DNA of 64,000 bases from Promethearchaeota archaeon (GTDB taxonomy: Archaea > Asgardarchaeota > Lokiarchaeia > Sigyniarchaeales > SOKP01), in assembly GCA_019058365.1 (NCBI GenBank), contig JAHPZE010000013.1, forward strand, positions 49,231-113,230, given 5' to 3'. Position numbers and translations under genes: made by a program. Within the stretch, counting starts at the first letter, position 1, and the number at the start of each line of letters is the position of its first letter. The notes under the pieces are model-generated. The model was not told where the DNA came from. It saw nothing but the letters and a program-made list of their open reading frames with translations, and ran no database searches. Of the stretch, positions 9,879 to 20,478 are shown one piece after another.

Positions 9879-11475
9879 AATTGGAATTATAATAGGACAA
9901 GTAAAAACATCTGAATTTATTTTTGCAACTAACTATGATGTAAACCGGTTAGAATATGTAGCTATAGAATCACAAGAATTAATAGAAACTGAGGAAGGGA
10001 ACTTAGAAGAAATACCAATTGTAATAATAAGTCAGATATTTGAAGTATGGGCGGATTCAAGAGCGCTTCCTGAAGGTCTGAAAATTGAAGATGCAGAAAA
10101 AATTATGGCTGCAGGATTAGCAGATTCAAAATTTTTTGCTAAAACTCGTATCCTTGGATATTTACATGAAGAAAATGTCTTTCAGCCTAGAAGAGCGATA
10201 AATCCAGGTAATTTTGTACACATAGCTCCTAATGAACTTTTAGAACAATTTTATTCTTACCCAGAAGAAGAAGGATTGCATATAGGTCATTTAATTACTC
10301 GATCTGATGTTCCAGTATATATTACTGTAAATGGATTTAGAAGACACCTCTCTATATTGGCTCAAACAGGAGGGGGAAAAAGTTATTGTGCTGGGGTGCT
10401 CACAGAAGAATTACATAGAAAAGGAGCAACTATCGTGATCATAGACCCACACGCTGATTATGTGTTTTTGGGTTCAAGAATTGACGGAACAAGAATAGAT
10501 CGCGTTAATGTTTTTAGAACGCCTCAAAGTACAGGGAGATATTCAGAAGTAGATATAGGAAGGATGATACAACAATATGAAGTAAGGTTTTCTGATTTAA
10601 CAATTGATGAAATTTTTATGATTAGCGGCATTCGTGAGTCATTTACTCGAATTAGAAATGCAGTACAAGACGCATTAACTAATTTAAGAGAAAATTCGAG
10701 AGCAAATGCTGATAGACCCCTAGTAGGACCAGACGGTTATGATTTGAATGATTTATTACAAGAATTACAAGATTTAAATACTAATGATTCCAGGAATGCT
10801 GTAAGATATATAAGAAGGATTCATAGATTAGGAGTTTTTAGTAATGCTACTACTGATATCTCAAGAATCATTCTTCCTCAACAAATTTCCGTAATTGATT
10901 TGTCAGGATTATCAGACAATGTAGCAGATTATATAACTAACCGAATTCTTTCTGAAATATATGAACAAAGGAGAAATGAAACTTACCCTTATCCTGTATT
11001 TATATTTATGGAAGAGGCACATAGATTCTTGCCAAATAAAGGAAGAACTTATTCCATTGAAACTGTCAAAGAAATTTCTGCTGAAGGACGGAAATTTGGA
11101 GTTTTTTTAACTTTAATTACGCAAAGACCATATAAAATTGATCAAGACGCTTTAAGCCAGTGTAATAGTCAAATAATATTACGAATCACAAACTCGGAAG
11201 ATCAAAATGCAATAAGAACTAGTTCCGAAAAGTTGAGTGAAAGTTTACTTAATGATCTACCCGGCTTAAATCCTGGAGAAGCTGTTATTGTTGGTAATTT
11301 GACAAGGGCACCAGTAATGGTAAAAATTCGAAGGCGAGTAACAAGAGAGGGTGGCGCGGATATTGATGTTGTTAGTAGCTTAAGAGCTGCCAGAGAAGTC
11401 GTTGAACAAGGAGAAGAAGAACAAGCAGAGCAGGCTCATGAGGAACTAGAAGAATTAAGAGAGATGTTGGAGTGA
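9862..11475 (+). CDS. herA: HerA/FtsK-family helicase/translocase
   Basis: N-terminal HAS-barrel-like region, RHLSILAQTGGGKS (Walker A), IIDPHADY, EEAHRF (Walker B), EGRKFGV, TQRP. Confidence 0.95.
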   Translation: MLDTRKIGIIIGQVKTSEFIFATNYDVNRLEYVAIESQELIETEEGNLEEIPIVIISQIFEVWADSRALPEGLKIEDAEKIMAAGLADSKFFAKTRILGYLHEENVFQPRRAINPGNFVHIAPNELLEQFYSYPEEEGLHIGHLITRSDVPVYITVNGFRRHLSILAQTGGGKSYCAGVLTEELHRKGATIVIIDPHADYVFLGSRIDGTRIDRVNVFRTPQSTGRYSEVDIGRMIQQYEVRFSDLTIDEIFMISGIRESFTRIRNAVQDALTNLRENSRANADRPLVGPDGYDLNDLLQELQDLNTNDSRNAVRYIRRIHRLGVFSNATTDISRIILPQQISVIDLSGLSDNVADYITNRILSEIYEQRRNETYPYPVFIFMEEAHRFLPNKGRTYSIETVKEISAEGRKFGVFLTLITQRPYKIDQDALSQCNSQIILRITNSEDQNAIRTSSEKLSESLLNDLPGLNPGEAVIVGNLTRAPVMVKIRRRVTREGGADIDVVSSLRAAREVVEQGEEEQAEQAHEELEELREMLE

Positions 11476-11482
11476 ATAACAT

Positions 11483-12580
11483 ATGAGAATTGCTCATTTA
11501 GCTGATACACATTTAGGATATAAACAATATAATCTTGATGAAAGAGAACAAGATATCTATGATGCATTTAATCAAGCTATTGATAAAGCAATTGAAGAAC
11601 GTGCAGATGTAATTATTCATTCAGGAGACCTTTTCGAAAGAAGCCATCCTCCAATAAAAGCATTATTGACCTTAAAGGATGCTCTAAAAAAGATTAGGGG
11701 CAAAATTAAATTTCTATCTGTATTAGGAGAACATGATATTCCTAAGAGAAAAGCAATAATACCACATAAATTGTTTGATATTCACCTTCTTGGAGCAAAT
11801 TATAAGCTAGAAACGACAAAAATAGATAATGTATTATTTGCTGGAATATCAAATCTTAAAGGTAGATATGTTGGAACGTTAAAAGAAGAGATAAAAAGAT
11901 TTGATAAAATTGCTGAAGACTATAAACACTCAGTATTAATTTTACATCAAGCGATAAAAAAATATTTGCCATTCGAAGGTGCTTACCAATTAACATTAGA
12001 TGAGCTCCCAAGAAAAGCTAGTTATTATGCATTAGGTCATATACATGCTAAAAATGAATTAAAGTTTGGAAATGGGCTATTAGTTTATTCTGGTTCTACA
12101 GAGATTATGAGTAAAGATGAGATCTCTTCTTGGAAGAACAAGGGGAAAGGTTTTTATCTTGTTGATTTAGAAAGTGATGATATCAATTATGAATTTATTC
12201 CTCTCGATATTAGACCTCAAGTCTCTATTGAATTAAATGTTGCTAATATCGAAAAAATCCTTGATTCTCTAATTTTTGATAAAAAACCCTTGTTACATTT
12301 AAAAATATTTGGAGAAAAAATAGAAAAAAGTTATGTTCAAGAACAAATAGAGAGAATTGTAAGAGATAAAGTAATTTTTCATCGTATTCTATTTCGAGAA
12401 GCAGGAATAAAGGAGGTTAAAATACCTCAAGATGCAATAAATCTCTTATCAATATTTAAAGAATATTTTGAAAAAGAAGAAATTGGTGAATTTACTAAAA
12501 ATCTTTATGATATTTTATCCGAACGTGATATAAATTCTGCGATAAGTCTCGCTAAAAATTTTATGGAGGAGTATGACTAA
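11483..12580 (+). CDS. mre11: Mre11 nuclease
   Basis: Phosphoesterase motifs ADTHLG, SGDLFE, GEHD, LHQ, LGHIH, YSGS. Confidence 0.93.
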   Translation: MRIAHLADTHLGYKQYNLDEREQDIYDAFNQAIDKAIEERADVIIHSGDLFERSHPPIKALLTLKDALKKIRGKIKFLSVLGEHDIPKRKAIIPHKLFDIHLLGANYKLETTKIDNVLFAGISNLKGRYVGTLKEEIKRFDKIAEDYKHSVLILHQAIKKYLPFEGAYQLTLDELPRKASYYALGHIHAKNELKFGNGLLVYSGSTEIMSKDEISSWKNKGKGFYLVDLESDDINYEFIPLDIRPQVSIELNVANIEKILDSLIFDKKPLLHLKIFGEKIEKSYVQEQIERIVRDKVIFHRILFREAGIKEVKIPQDAINLLSIFKEYFEKEEIGEFTKNLYDILSERDINSAISLAKNFMEEYD

Positions 12581-15275
12581 AAAGATGATAATTAAATCAA
12601 TTAAAATGGAAAACTTTATCTCACACCAAAAAACTGAATTCCCTTTCCCTGTGGGGGTATTAGTAATAGTCGGAGAAAATGGTTCAGGAAAATCTTCTAT
12701 TATTGATGCTATCTTCTATTCTTTGTGCGGCGTACAAGTTAGGGGTGATAATGTTGATGATTTAATAAGGGAAGGAACGAAGAAGGCAAAAGTCAATTTG
12801 CTATTTGAGCATAATGGTATTGCATATGAAATTGAGAGAGTACGTGAAAAAGATGTCAATCCATATGCTTTATTGAAAAAGGATGGAAGTATAACAGCAA
12901 GAAAGCAAACTCCTGTAAGTGAAGAAATTGCAAGGATTTTAGGCATGGATAAAGAAGCAATAATTAATTCAGTTTTTATTCGACAGGGAGAAATAACAAA
13001 ATTAATTGATGGTACGCCTAGTGAAAGAAAAAAAACTATTGCTAAATTAATTGGCATTGAAAAATTAGAGAAATGTTATGATAAAATGAGAAATGTCATA
13101 GATTACTTCGATAATCAATTGAATGATTTTGATATAATTAATACAAAATTACAAGGAGAGCAAGAATCTAAAACCGAGTTAGATTCAGAAATTGAGGAAC
13201 TTACAGGAGATATTAATAAAATAAAAAAAGATGTCATAATTGCTGAAGACATTTTTAAAAAAACAGAGGATAAAAAGAAACTTTGGGAAAACAAGCGAAA
13301 AGAACATCAGGAACTGAAAAGTAAGAAAACAAAGAAAGGGGAACAGATCTCGTCTACTAATGAGAAAGTTAATAATCTAACTACTCAAGTCAATGATGCT
13401 AAAAAAGCTCGGGAAAGAGTTACTGAATTAGAACCTCAAATAAGGAATATTGAAATATTAGAGAAATATATAGAAAACTTTAGGAATAAAAAAATTACTA
13501 CCGAAACTCTTGAACGATTGAATAAAGAATTTGAAAAGGTAAATCAATGGATAACAATTTTAAGTATTAATAAAGACAAATTTAAAGAATTTAATGAAAT
13601 TAGTGAGAGTTTAAGCCAAAAAGAAGATGAAATAGAGAACTTGAGAAAAATTGAAAAGGAGTATATTGAACTGAAAAAAGATATTGAAAACACTCAAAAA
13701 AAATTAACTGAATACAAGGATGAGATTGAAAATATTAATGAAAAAGCATTGAAAGTTTTACCCAGAGCAGAGAAAAAAGAAAAAGACAAAAAAATGAAAG
13801 AACTAAATAGTAAATTAAAAGAATTAGAAGGAAATATATCAAATATAATAAGTTCTAATGGAGCTATTAAAGGTAGAATTAAAGAAATTGACAATTATTT
13901 ATTAAAATTTCAAGATAGCGATGAGTGCCCTGTATGCTCAAGTGAACTATCACCTAACCATAAACAGAAAGTTATAACGGATTTTAAAAGAGAGAAAAGT
14001 GGTAAAACAAAAGAAATCGAAGAGAATAGGGAAAATATCTCCTCTTTAGGAAAGGAGCAAAATCAATTCAGAGATCAACTTGATAACATAAAAAGTTTAG
14101 ATTTAGATAAATATAAAGAGTTAAAAGAAAAATTTGAAAATCTGGAAACTCAGTTAAAAGAGTTTGAGATAAATAGACAAGAGAAGGGAAGAGCAACAGA
14201 AAAATTGAGACTATTGGAAGATCAAAGCAAAATTGAAAAAAAAAGCGTTGAAGAATTAAAACCAAGATATAATGATTATATTGCAGCAGAAAAAGCATTG
14301 GAAAATGAGAGAGAGATAAAGGAAATACAAAATGAGATCAATGAATTTAATACTAAATTAACTAAGATTATGGAAGTTGATTCAAAATTAGCTAATCAAT
14401 TAAAGAAAATTCCTGAGAAACCTGAAGAAGAACTTAATCAACTTAGAAAATTAAAAGAGGAATATATTGTTGCTAAAGGTGAAAGTCAGAAATTAGAGAA
14501 ATTTCAAAAAGATTTAATCAATACAGAAAAAATTTTGAATGATTTTATCTCTGAATCAAAAAAAATTGATTCTGAAATTAATTCTTTAGGATATAACGAA
14601 GAACTATATGAACAAGTTCTAAAAAAGAACAATGAAGCAAGTAGTACCTTAGAAAAGCTAAAAAATAGTGTGAATCTAAAAATCATTGAATTAGATAAAA
14701 AAAACCAAAAATTAAATGAACTTAAACAAAAAATTAACGATCTACTTAAACAAATGAAATCTTTTGAAAAAATTAGAAATTTTAAATTAGTCTTAGGAAA
14801 AATAAGAGATGCGTTTTCTAAAGAAGGATTACAAAAAACTATAAGAAAAAAATTTGCCCCAAAGATAACAAATTTTGCAAAAGACTACTTAGAATCATTC
14901 AACATTAATATTTCAGACATTTCCATTAATGAAGATTTGGATATTTCAATCTTAGGGCGAAGCGGTGTACTTTCTATTAATTCGATAAGCGGTGGTGAAA
15001 AAGTTGCTGTTGCTATTATCTTAAGACTTGCTATAGCTAGAATTTTATCGAGCCAGATATCTACAATAATCATGGATGAACCAACGACTCATCTTGATTC
15101 GCTAAGAAGAAAAGAGTTAGTTGAAGCAATGAAAAGTTTCAAAAAAGAAAGTCATACAATTCCTCAGTTAATAATTGTTACACACCATCAAGAACTTGAA
15201 GAATTAGCTGATACTCTATTTAAAGTAGATATAAAAGAAGGTGTCTCAAAGGTGGAAGAACTTACATATATATAA
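12573..15275 (+). CDS. rad50: Rad50 SMC-like ATPase
   Basis: Walker A GENGSGKS, Q-loop RQGE, coiled coils with CPVC zinc hook, SGGE signature, MDEPT Walker B, VTHH. Confidence 0.95.
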   Translation: MTKKMIIKSIKMENFISHQKTEFPFPVGVLVIVGENGSGKSSIIDAIFYSLCGVQVRGDNVDDLIREGTKKAKVNLLFEHNGIAYEIERVREKDVNPYALLKKDGSITARKQTPVSEEIARILGMDKEAIINSVFIRQGEITKLIDGTPSERKKTIAKLIGIEKLEKCYDKMRNVIDYFDNQLNDFDIINTKLQGEQESKTELDSEIEELTGDINKIKKDVIIAEDIFKKTEDKKKLWENKRKEHQELKSKKTKKGEQISSTNEKVNNLTTQVNDAKKARERVTELEPQIRNIEILEKYIENFRNKKITTETLERLNKEFEKVNQWITILSINKDKFKEFNEISESLSQKEDEIENLRKIEKEYIELKKDIENTQKKLTEYKDEIENINEKALKVLPRAEKKEKDKKMKELNSKLKELEGNISNIISSNGAIKGRIKEIDNYLLKFQDSDECPVCSSELSPNHKQKVITDFKREKSGKTKEIEENRENISSLGKEQNQFRDQLDNIKSLDLDKYKELKEKFENLETQLKEFEINRQEKGRATEKLRLLEDQSKIEKKSVEELKPRYNDYIAAEKALENEREIKEIQNEINEFNTKLTKIMEVDSKLANQLKKIPEKPEEELNQLRKLKEEYIVAKGESQKLEKFQKDLINTEKILNDFISESKKIDSEINSLGYNEELYEQVLKKNNEASSTLEKLKNSVNLKIIELDKKNQKLNELKQKINDLLKQMKSFEKIRNFKLVLGKIRDAFSKEGLQKTIRKKFAPKITNFAKDYLESFNINISDISINEDLDISILGRSGVLSINSISGGEKVAVAIILRLAIARILSSQISTIIMDEPTTHLDSLRRKELVEAMKSFKKESHTIPQLIIVTHHQELEELADTLFKVDIKEGVSKVEELTYI

Positions 15276-15533
15276 AATTTGAGGGGAAGGGCAAAAATTA
15301 AAAATTCAAGTTTGAATAAAATTAATAGGAACTTATCAAAATAACGATAAAAAAAGAAATTAGGAAAAAAGATTTTGGGAGAAATGTAGTTTTAACCTTG
15401 AATTTAAAATTAAAAATTAATAAATTTCATTTTTATTATATACTGAGTTCAAAGTATGTTATATGTTTAATAAAAAAGATATAAATTAACCAAGAATTAG
15501 AATAATTAATTAATTTAGACAAAAACTGATAAA

Positions 15534-16313
15534 ATGAAGCAATTTGATACTCAAATCACCAGAGCACTATCATTGATACCTGAAACAAAGAAAGTATTAA
15601 TTAGACTGGCTAATGGTAAATCCATTCAAGAAATAAAGGACTTGATACTTAAAGACAATCTATTAGCAAAAAATACAGATAGTACACGTAAGAAAATATG
15701 GTATGCATTAAAATCAAGATTCCTAGAAAATTCAGAGGTTGATTTAAAATCTTTAAAAAAGATTGTAAACTCAAAACTCCTTCCCTCTATCAAAGATTTG
15801 ATAATTTATTATTATTTTTGTAAATATGAATATATAGTATATGAATTAGTTACTGAACCTATATTTAATCAATATAAAATGGGTTTTAAGGAAGTGGATA
15901 AAGAAAAAATAATCGAGTATTTTGAATCAGTATCAAATACATCTCATCCAGAAATAAACAATTGGACAGAGGAGACAAGAGCACGTTTAATTAGACATAC
16001 TTTAGCAATCCTAAAAGATTTTAAAATCTTAAAGGGAAGTAGAAAGAAAGAGTTTTATGAATTTTTTGTTCCCTTAGAAGTTGTGTTATATATTTTGTTT
16101 TATTTGAAGATAAAGGGTAATCCTTTAAATAGAATAATAAATCATAAAGATTTCAACTTATTACTTCTTGAAAAAGAAGAGATCATAGAATATTTGCACG
16201 AAGCTTCAAAAAAGGGTTATCTTATCTTCAATCAATCTGGTAATATTTATGAATTAAAAACAGAAATTAACTCTCTGGAGGATTTAGTAAATGAGTTTAA
16301 GAGAAAAATTTAA
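15534..16313 (+). CDS. brxA: BREX protein BrxA (DUF1819-like)
   Basis: Size, first position in BREX order, NLL.KNT..TRKK and WTEETR...L.DF.IL motifs. Confidence 0.8.
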   Translation: MKQFDTQITRALSLIPETKKVLIRLANGKSIQEIKDLILKDNLLAKNTDSTRKKIWYALKSRFLENSEVDLKSLKKIVNSKLLPSIKDLIIYYYFCKYEYIVYELVTEPIFNQYKMGFKEVDKEKIIEYFESVSNTSHPEINNWTEETRARLIRHTLAILKDFKILKGSRKKEFYEFFVPLEVVLYILFYLKIKGNPLNRIINHKDFNLLLLEKEEIIEYLHEASKKGYLIFNQSGNIYELKTEINSLEDLVNEFKRKI

Positions 16314-16830
16314 AAATTTAGAGAATATGATTACTCAACGAATCCATCTAATTAATCAATTTTCAGGAATTCCTTTTGTAATTCTAATATATGATCCTCA
16401 AGATCAAAAGGAATGTTACGAATATATCGAGGATTTAGAGAAAAATTTAAAAAAGAATGGAAAAAAGATCTTAAAAATTCCAATTGGAGATTTTGTTTTT
16501 AATTATTTCGAAGAAAAAAATCAAATAGGGGAAATGATTGAATTTGATAAAAAAGAACCAGAATTAGTCCGCCAAGAACTCTCTAATGTGTGTGAAAGAT
16601 ATTTTAATGATCATATTCATTCAAAATTAGAAAAAAATAATCCAGATATAATTTTTTTTACTAATGTTGGAGGACTATACCCATATAGTAGACTTTCAAA
16701 TATTTTAAAGAATCTTGAAAAAATTAAAATTCCCATTATTGCATTTTACCCTGGTACAATAATTAATGATGAATTATACTTTCTTAATAAGTTTAAAAGT
16801 GATGATTATTATAGAGCTTTTAGGATATAA
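16291..16830 (+). CDS. brxB: BREX protein BrxB (DUF1788-like)
   Basis: YDP, GGLYPYSR, FYPG and terminal YYRAF motifs; overlaps brxA. Confidence 0.88.
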   Translation: MSLREKFKNLENMITQRIHLINQFSGIPFVILIYDPQDQKECYEYIEDLEKNLKKNGKKILKIPIGDFVFNYFEEKNQIGEMIEFDKKEPELVRQELSNVCERYFNDHIHSKLEKNNPDIIFFTNVGGLYPYSRLSNILKNLEKIKIPIIAFYPGTIINDELYFLNKFKSDDYYRAFRI

Positions 16831-16853
16831 AAATCAAAGGGTGTTTAGAAGAA

Positions 16854-19800
16854 ATGAAAATTAAAGATATTTTTATCAATGAAATAACGCGTGAAATAAC
16901 AAGTGTTGTAAATGTAGATGATATTGAATTTTTTGGTCAAGAAATTGAGGAATATGTAGTCACTGAACAATTAGACAAATATTTTCTAAAGGTTTTTGAG
17001 GATTATGCTAATTCCGCTAGGATAAAAACTGAAAAAATAGGTGTTTGGATTTCAGGATTTTTCGGAAGCGGAAAATCTCACTTTGCTAAAATGTTAGGAC
17101 ATTTATTAAAAAATGATAATATAAAAACAACTACCGGTGTTATGAAGAATTCTCATGAACTTTTTAGAGATAGGTTAATAGGCTGCGCTTATGAAAATGA
17201 TATAAACAGAAGTCTATTTGAAATTGACAAAAATATTGATTCTCATGTGATTATGTTTCAGATACAATCCGAATCTGACCAATTAAGTAAAAAGAGCATA
17301 ACAAAAACAATGTATCAAATGTTTTTAAAATATCAAAATCTCTGTGAACACTTACAGATAGCAGAATTAGAACTTGAACTCATTTTAAATGATAAATTTA
17401 ATGAATTTAAAGAAATAATTAGACAAGATGAGAAAAAAGAATGGGAAGAAGTAAGGCAATCATTATTATTTTCAAAGAGACCAATTAAAAAAGCATTATA
17501 CAAACTAACAGATTACGATTTCTCTTCTGAAGAAAATGCTGAAATGTGGTATAACAAATTAATAGATAGTTTTGAACTAAGTCCTACAAAATTTACAGAG
17601 AGATTATTGAATTTTCTTAATGCTAGCAAATCAGAAAAAATATCTGATCACTTTATCTTCATTATAGATGAGATAGGTCAATTTATAGGAGATTCGAATG
17701 ATTTACTTTTAGAGTTACAATCAATAGCAGAACAATTTGCAATTCAAGGAAAAGGAAGGTTATGGCTAGTAGTCACTGCTCAAGAAAAATTAGATGAAAT
17801 TATTGAAGGTGTGAAGGGTCAAGAGAATCAATTTGCTAAAATTAAAGATCGATTTTATCTACCAACTAATCTAACTTCAGAAAATATTAAAAAAGTGTTA
17901 GAAGAAAGAATTTTAAAGAAAAAAAGTAGTGCTGAAAAAGAATTAAGAAAATTATTTATAAATTTCCAAGGAATTATATCATTCATTTCAAGTTTTCAAT
18001 CTAATAGAGCAATACCAGAAATAACAGAAAGTAATTTTATTAAAGATTATCCATTTTTATCATACCAGATAGAAATCATTCAAAGTATTTTTGCTAATAT
18101 ACGAAAAGAAGCAGGTCATACTAGAAAAATCACAGGGACAGAGAGAAGCATGATAAATGTTTCACAGAGTATATTTAGAGATGAGAATATTAGAATGGGT
18201 GATTCTGAATTAAACCGATTAATTACTTTCAATAACATTTATGATCAAATAATTTCAGAAATAAATTCTGAAACTGTAAGAGATATCTCTCAAGCATCAG
18301 ATTTAAAAATTCATGATCAAGATGACGATAAAATATGTTTAAAAGCTTTAAAATGTATTTATCTACTACAACAATTAGATTATGTCCCTAATACATTCGA
18401 GAATATTATAAGAGTTCTTATTAATGATTTAACTATTAAAAAAACTAATTTTGAAAATAAAGTAAAAAATGCTTTAGATGAGCTCATTAGAGCAACATTT
18501 ATTGTTGAGGATAATGGAGTTTATCGTTATTTATCAAGGGTTGAAAAAAATATTGAAGAAGATATTTCTAGTACGCAGGTAAAATCCAGAGAAATAACTT
18601 TATTAGCTAGAGAACTTCTTAAAGAGATTTTTAAAAATAAAAATAAAATAAACTATAAGAAAATAACATATTTCGATTTAAAAATAGATCTAGATGAGGA
18701 AAATTTTACATCTAAAGGTGATATTCTGTTAAAAATTCACTCTCCAATCTATTTAGAATTTGGGCTTATTAAAAAAGATGATATCGTCACTGAAAGCCTT
18801 AATCCCAAAAATAAAAATATATTATTCTGGCTTCCGAATGAAACTAATAAATATAAAAATGATTTAGAGAAAATAATAAAAACAAATAAAGTAATTGAGC
18901 AAAGAAAAAGAAATCCACAAAAAAGTAAAGAAGAGAATGAAATTTTAAGAGAAAAAGAAGTTTCAATAAAAACTTTTCAACAACGAGTCATTAAAAACTT
19001 TGAGGATAGTTTGAAGACAGGTTTTTTAATTTATGATTCAAATGTTGAAGATTTGATTGAAAAAAGTATTTCAATAGATAAAGTTCTTGAAGAACAAATA
19101 TGTGAAAATATACCATATATTTATTCTAAATTTGAAAAGTACAGTGTGACTGAATCCAATATCAATAAATTATTAAAGGAAAATAATACTAAATTAAAAG
19201 ATATTGAACCTGATTTAAAAATCTTTGATGGGGATGGACGTTTATTGGTAGATAATAAATTAGTAAAAGAAGTTTTTGATAGAATTAAAGAAGAAAACCA
19301 AATTGGGAATCCAATCAGTGGAAAAGACATCTTAAACTATTTTACCGGAATTCCATATGGATGGGAAAAAAACCTAATAAGATTTTTAGTTCTTGCTTTA
19401 TTTCGAAATGTTAATATCTTCATTAACTATAATTCCAAAAACATCTATGACTTTAAAAAATCAATTGAAGGGAATGTTTTTACTAATTCAAGAAATTTTA
19501 ATAAATCTCTATTGAAATATGAAAAAGGAGAAGATATAACTCTTAATGATAGAAGAAATATCAAAAAATCATTGAAAGATATTTTTGACTATTCCACTGA
19601 AGATAATATACTTAAGCTTAGTGATGGCATTGATACTTGTTTAAATAATCTAATTAATGAAAATAATAATCAAAAAATAATCTTTACTCAAAATGATTTA
19701 GCTTTAAAAGATTTTTTTTATATTATTGAGGAACTATATGAACCAATAATAAAGGCAGATAAATTTAATAAAAAATTTCAATTATATTTGGAAAAAGTTG

Positions 19801-20468
19801 AGGATTTGGATAAAATAGTAGATTATCATCAAAAAATTCAAAATTTCATTGATGCTAAAAGGATTTCTAATTTCAAAATCTTTAAAAATATGCCTGAAAC
19901 AATTAAAATTGAAGATGATGAAATTTCAACTAGAGAGAAATCAAATTTAGATCAATATAAAAAATTCTATGATGAGCTTTTAAATATCATTAAAAATAAG
20001 GATATAATCGAAAAATTTCAGGATTTTAATGATATTCTCAAAAAAAGTATAGATATATTTGAAATTGTATTTACTAAACTACATGAAAAACAATTTAACA
20101 AATATTCTGAAATTTTAGAAGATTTAAAACAATATGGAATACCAGATAAATATTTCAAGGAAATAGATAGAAATTATATTTGTAAAAACTTACAATTTCA
20201 TCAAGAAAGTTTTATTTGTAAGAATTGTAAGAAAAAGTTAGAAAATATTGATGTAGCTATATTATCGGCAGAAAAGAAAAAAGAGAGCATAATAAAACAG
20301 TATAATGAAGATCAGGTCAAAGAACCAGAACGCGTCCCAATTCACCGACTGAAAATTAGTTCTAGAAACTTAAAAATACAGTCTATTGAGGAACTTAACA
20401 AAATCTTAGAAGAATTAAAGAAAGAGATTGAAGAACTAATAAATGAAGGGAAGAATGTAATATTATAA
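16854..20468 (+). CDS. brxC: BREX ATPase BrxC
   Basis: EYVVT, WISGFFGSGKSH Walker A, IIDEIGQFI Walker B, VTAQE, YPF, PYGW; 1204 aa. Confidence 0.95.
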   Translation: MKIKDIFINEITREITSVVNVDDIEFFGQEIEEYVVTEQLDKYFLKVFEDYANSARIKTEKIGVWISGFFGSGKSHFAKMLGHLLKNDNIKTTTGVMKNSHELFRDRLIGCAYENDINRSLFEIDKNIDSHVIMFQIQSESDQLSKKSITKTMYQMFLKYQNLCEHLQIAELELELILNDKFNEFKEIIRQDEKKEWEEVRQSLLFSKRPIKKALYKLTDYDFSSEENAEMWYNKLIDSFELSPTKFTERLLNFLNASKSEKISDHFIFIIDEIGQFIGDSNDLLLELQSIAEQFAIQGKGRLWLVVTAQEKLDEIIEGVKGQENQFAKIKDRFYLPTNLTSENIKKVLEERILKKKSSAEKELRKLFINFQGIISFISSFQSNRAIPEITESNFIKDYPFLSYQIEIIQSIFANIRKEAGHTRKITGTERSMINVSQSIFRDENIRMGDSELNRLITFNNIYDQIISEINSETVRDISQASDLKIHDQDDDKICLKALKCIYLLQQLDYVPNTFENIIRVLINDLTIKKTNFENKVKNALDELIRATFIVEDNGVYRYLSRVEKNIEEDISSTQVKSREITLLARELLKEIFKNKNKINYKKITYFDLKIDLDEENFTSKGDILLKIHSPIYLEFGLIKKDDIVTESLNPKNKNILFWLPNETNKYKNDLEKIIKTNKVIEQRKRNPQKSKEENEILREKEVSIKTFQQRVIKNFEDSLKTGFLIYDSNVEDLIEKSISIDKVLEEQICENIPYIYSKFEKYSVTESNINKLLKENNTKLKDIEPDLKIFDGDGRLLVDNKLVKEVFDRIKEENQIGNPISGKDILNYFTGIPYGWEKNLIRFLVLALFRNVNIFINYNSKNIYDFKKSIEGNVFTNSRNFNKSLLKYEKGEDITLNDRRNIKKSLKDIFDYSTEDNILKLSDGIDTCLNNLINENNNQKIIFTQNDLALKDFFYIIEELYEPIIKADKFNKKFQLYLEKVEDLDKIVDYHQKIQNFIDAKRISNFKIFKNMPETIKIEDDEISTREKSNLDQYKKFYDELLNIIKNKDIIEKFQDFNDILKKSIDIFEIVFTKLHEKQFNKYSEILEDLKQYGIPDKYFKEIDRNYICKNLQFHQESFICKNCKKKLENIDVAILSAEKKKESIIKQYNEDQVKEPERVPIHRLKISSRNLKIQSIEELNKILEELKKEIEELINEGKNVIL

Positions 20469-20478
20469 GAGGGGTTAA

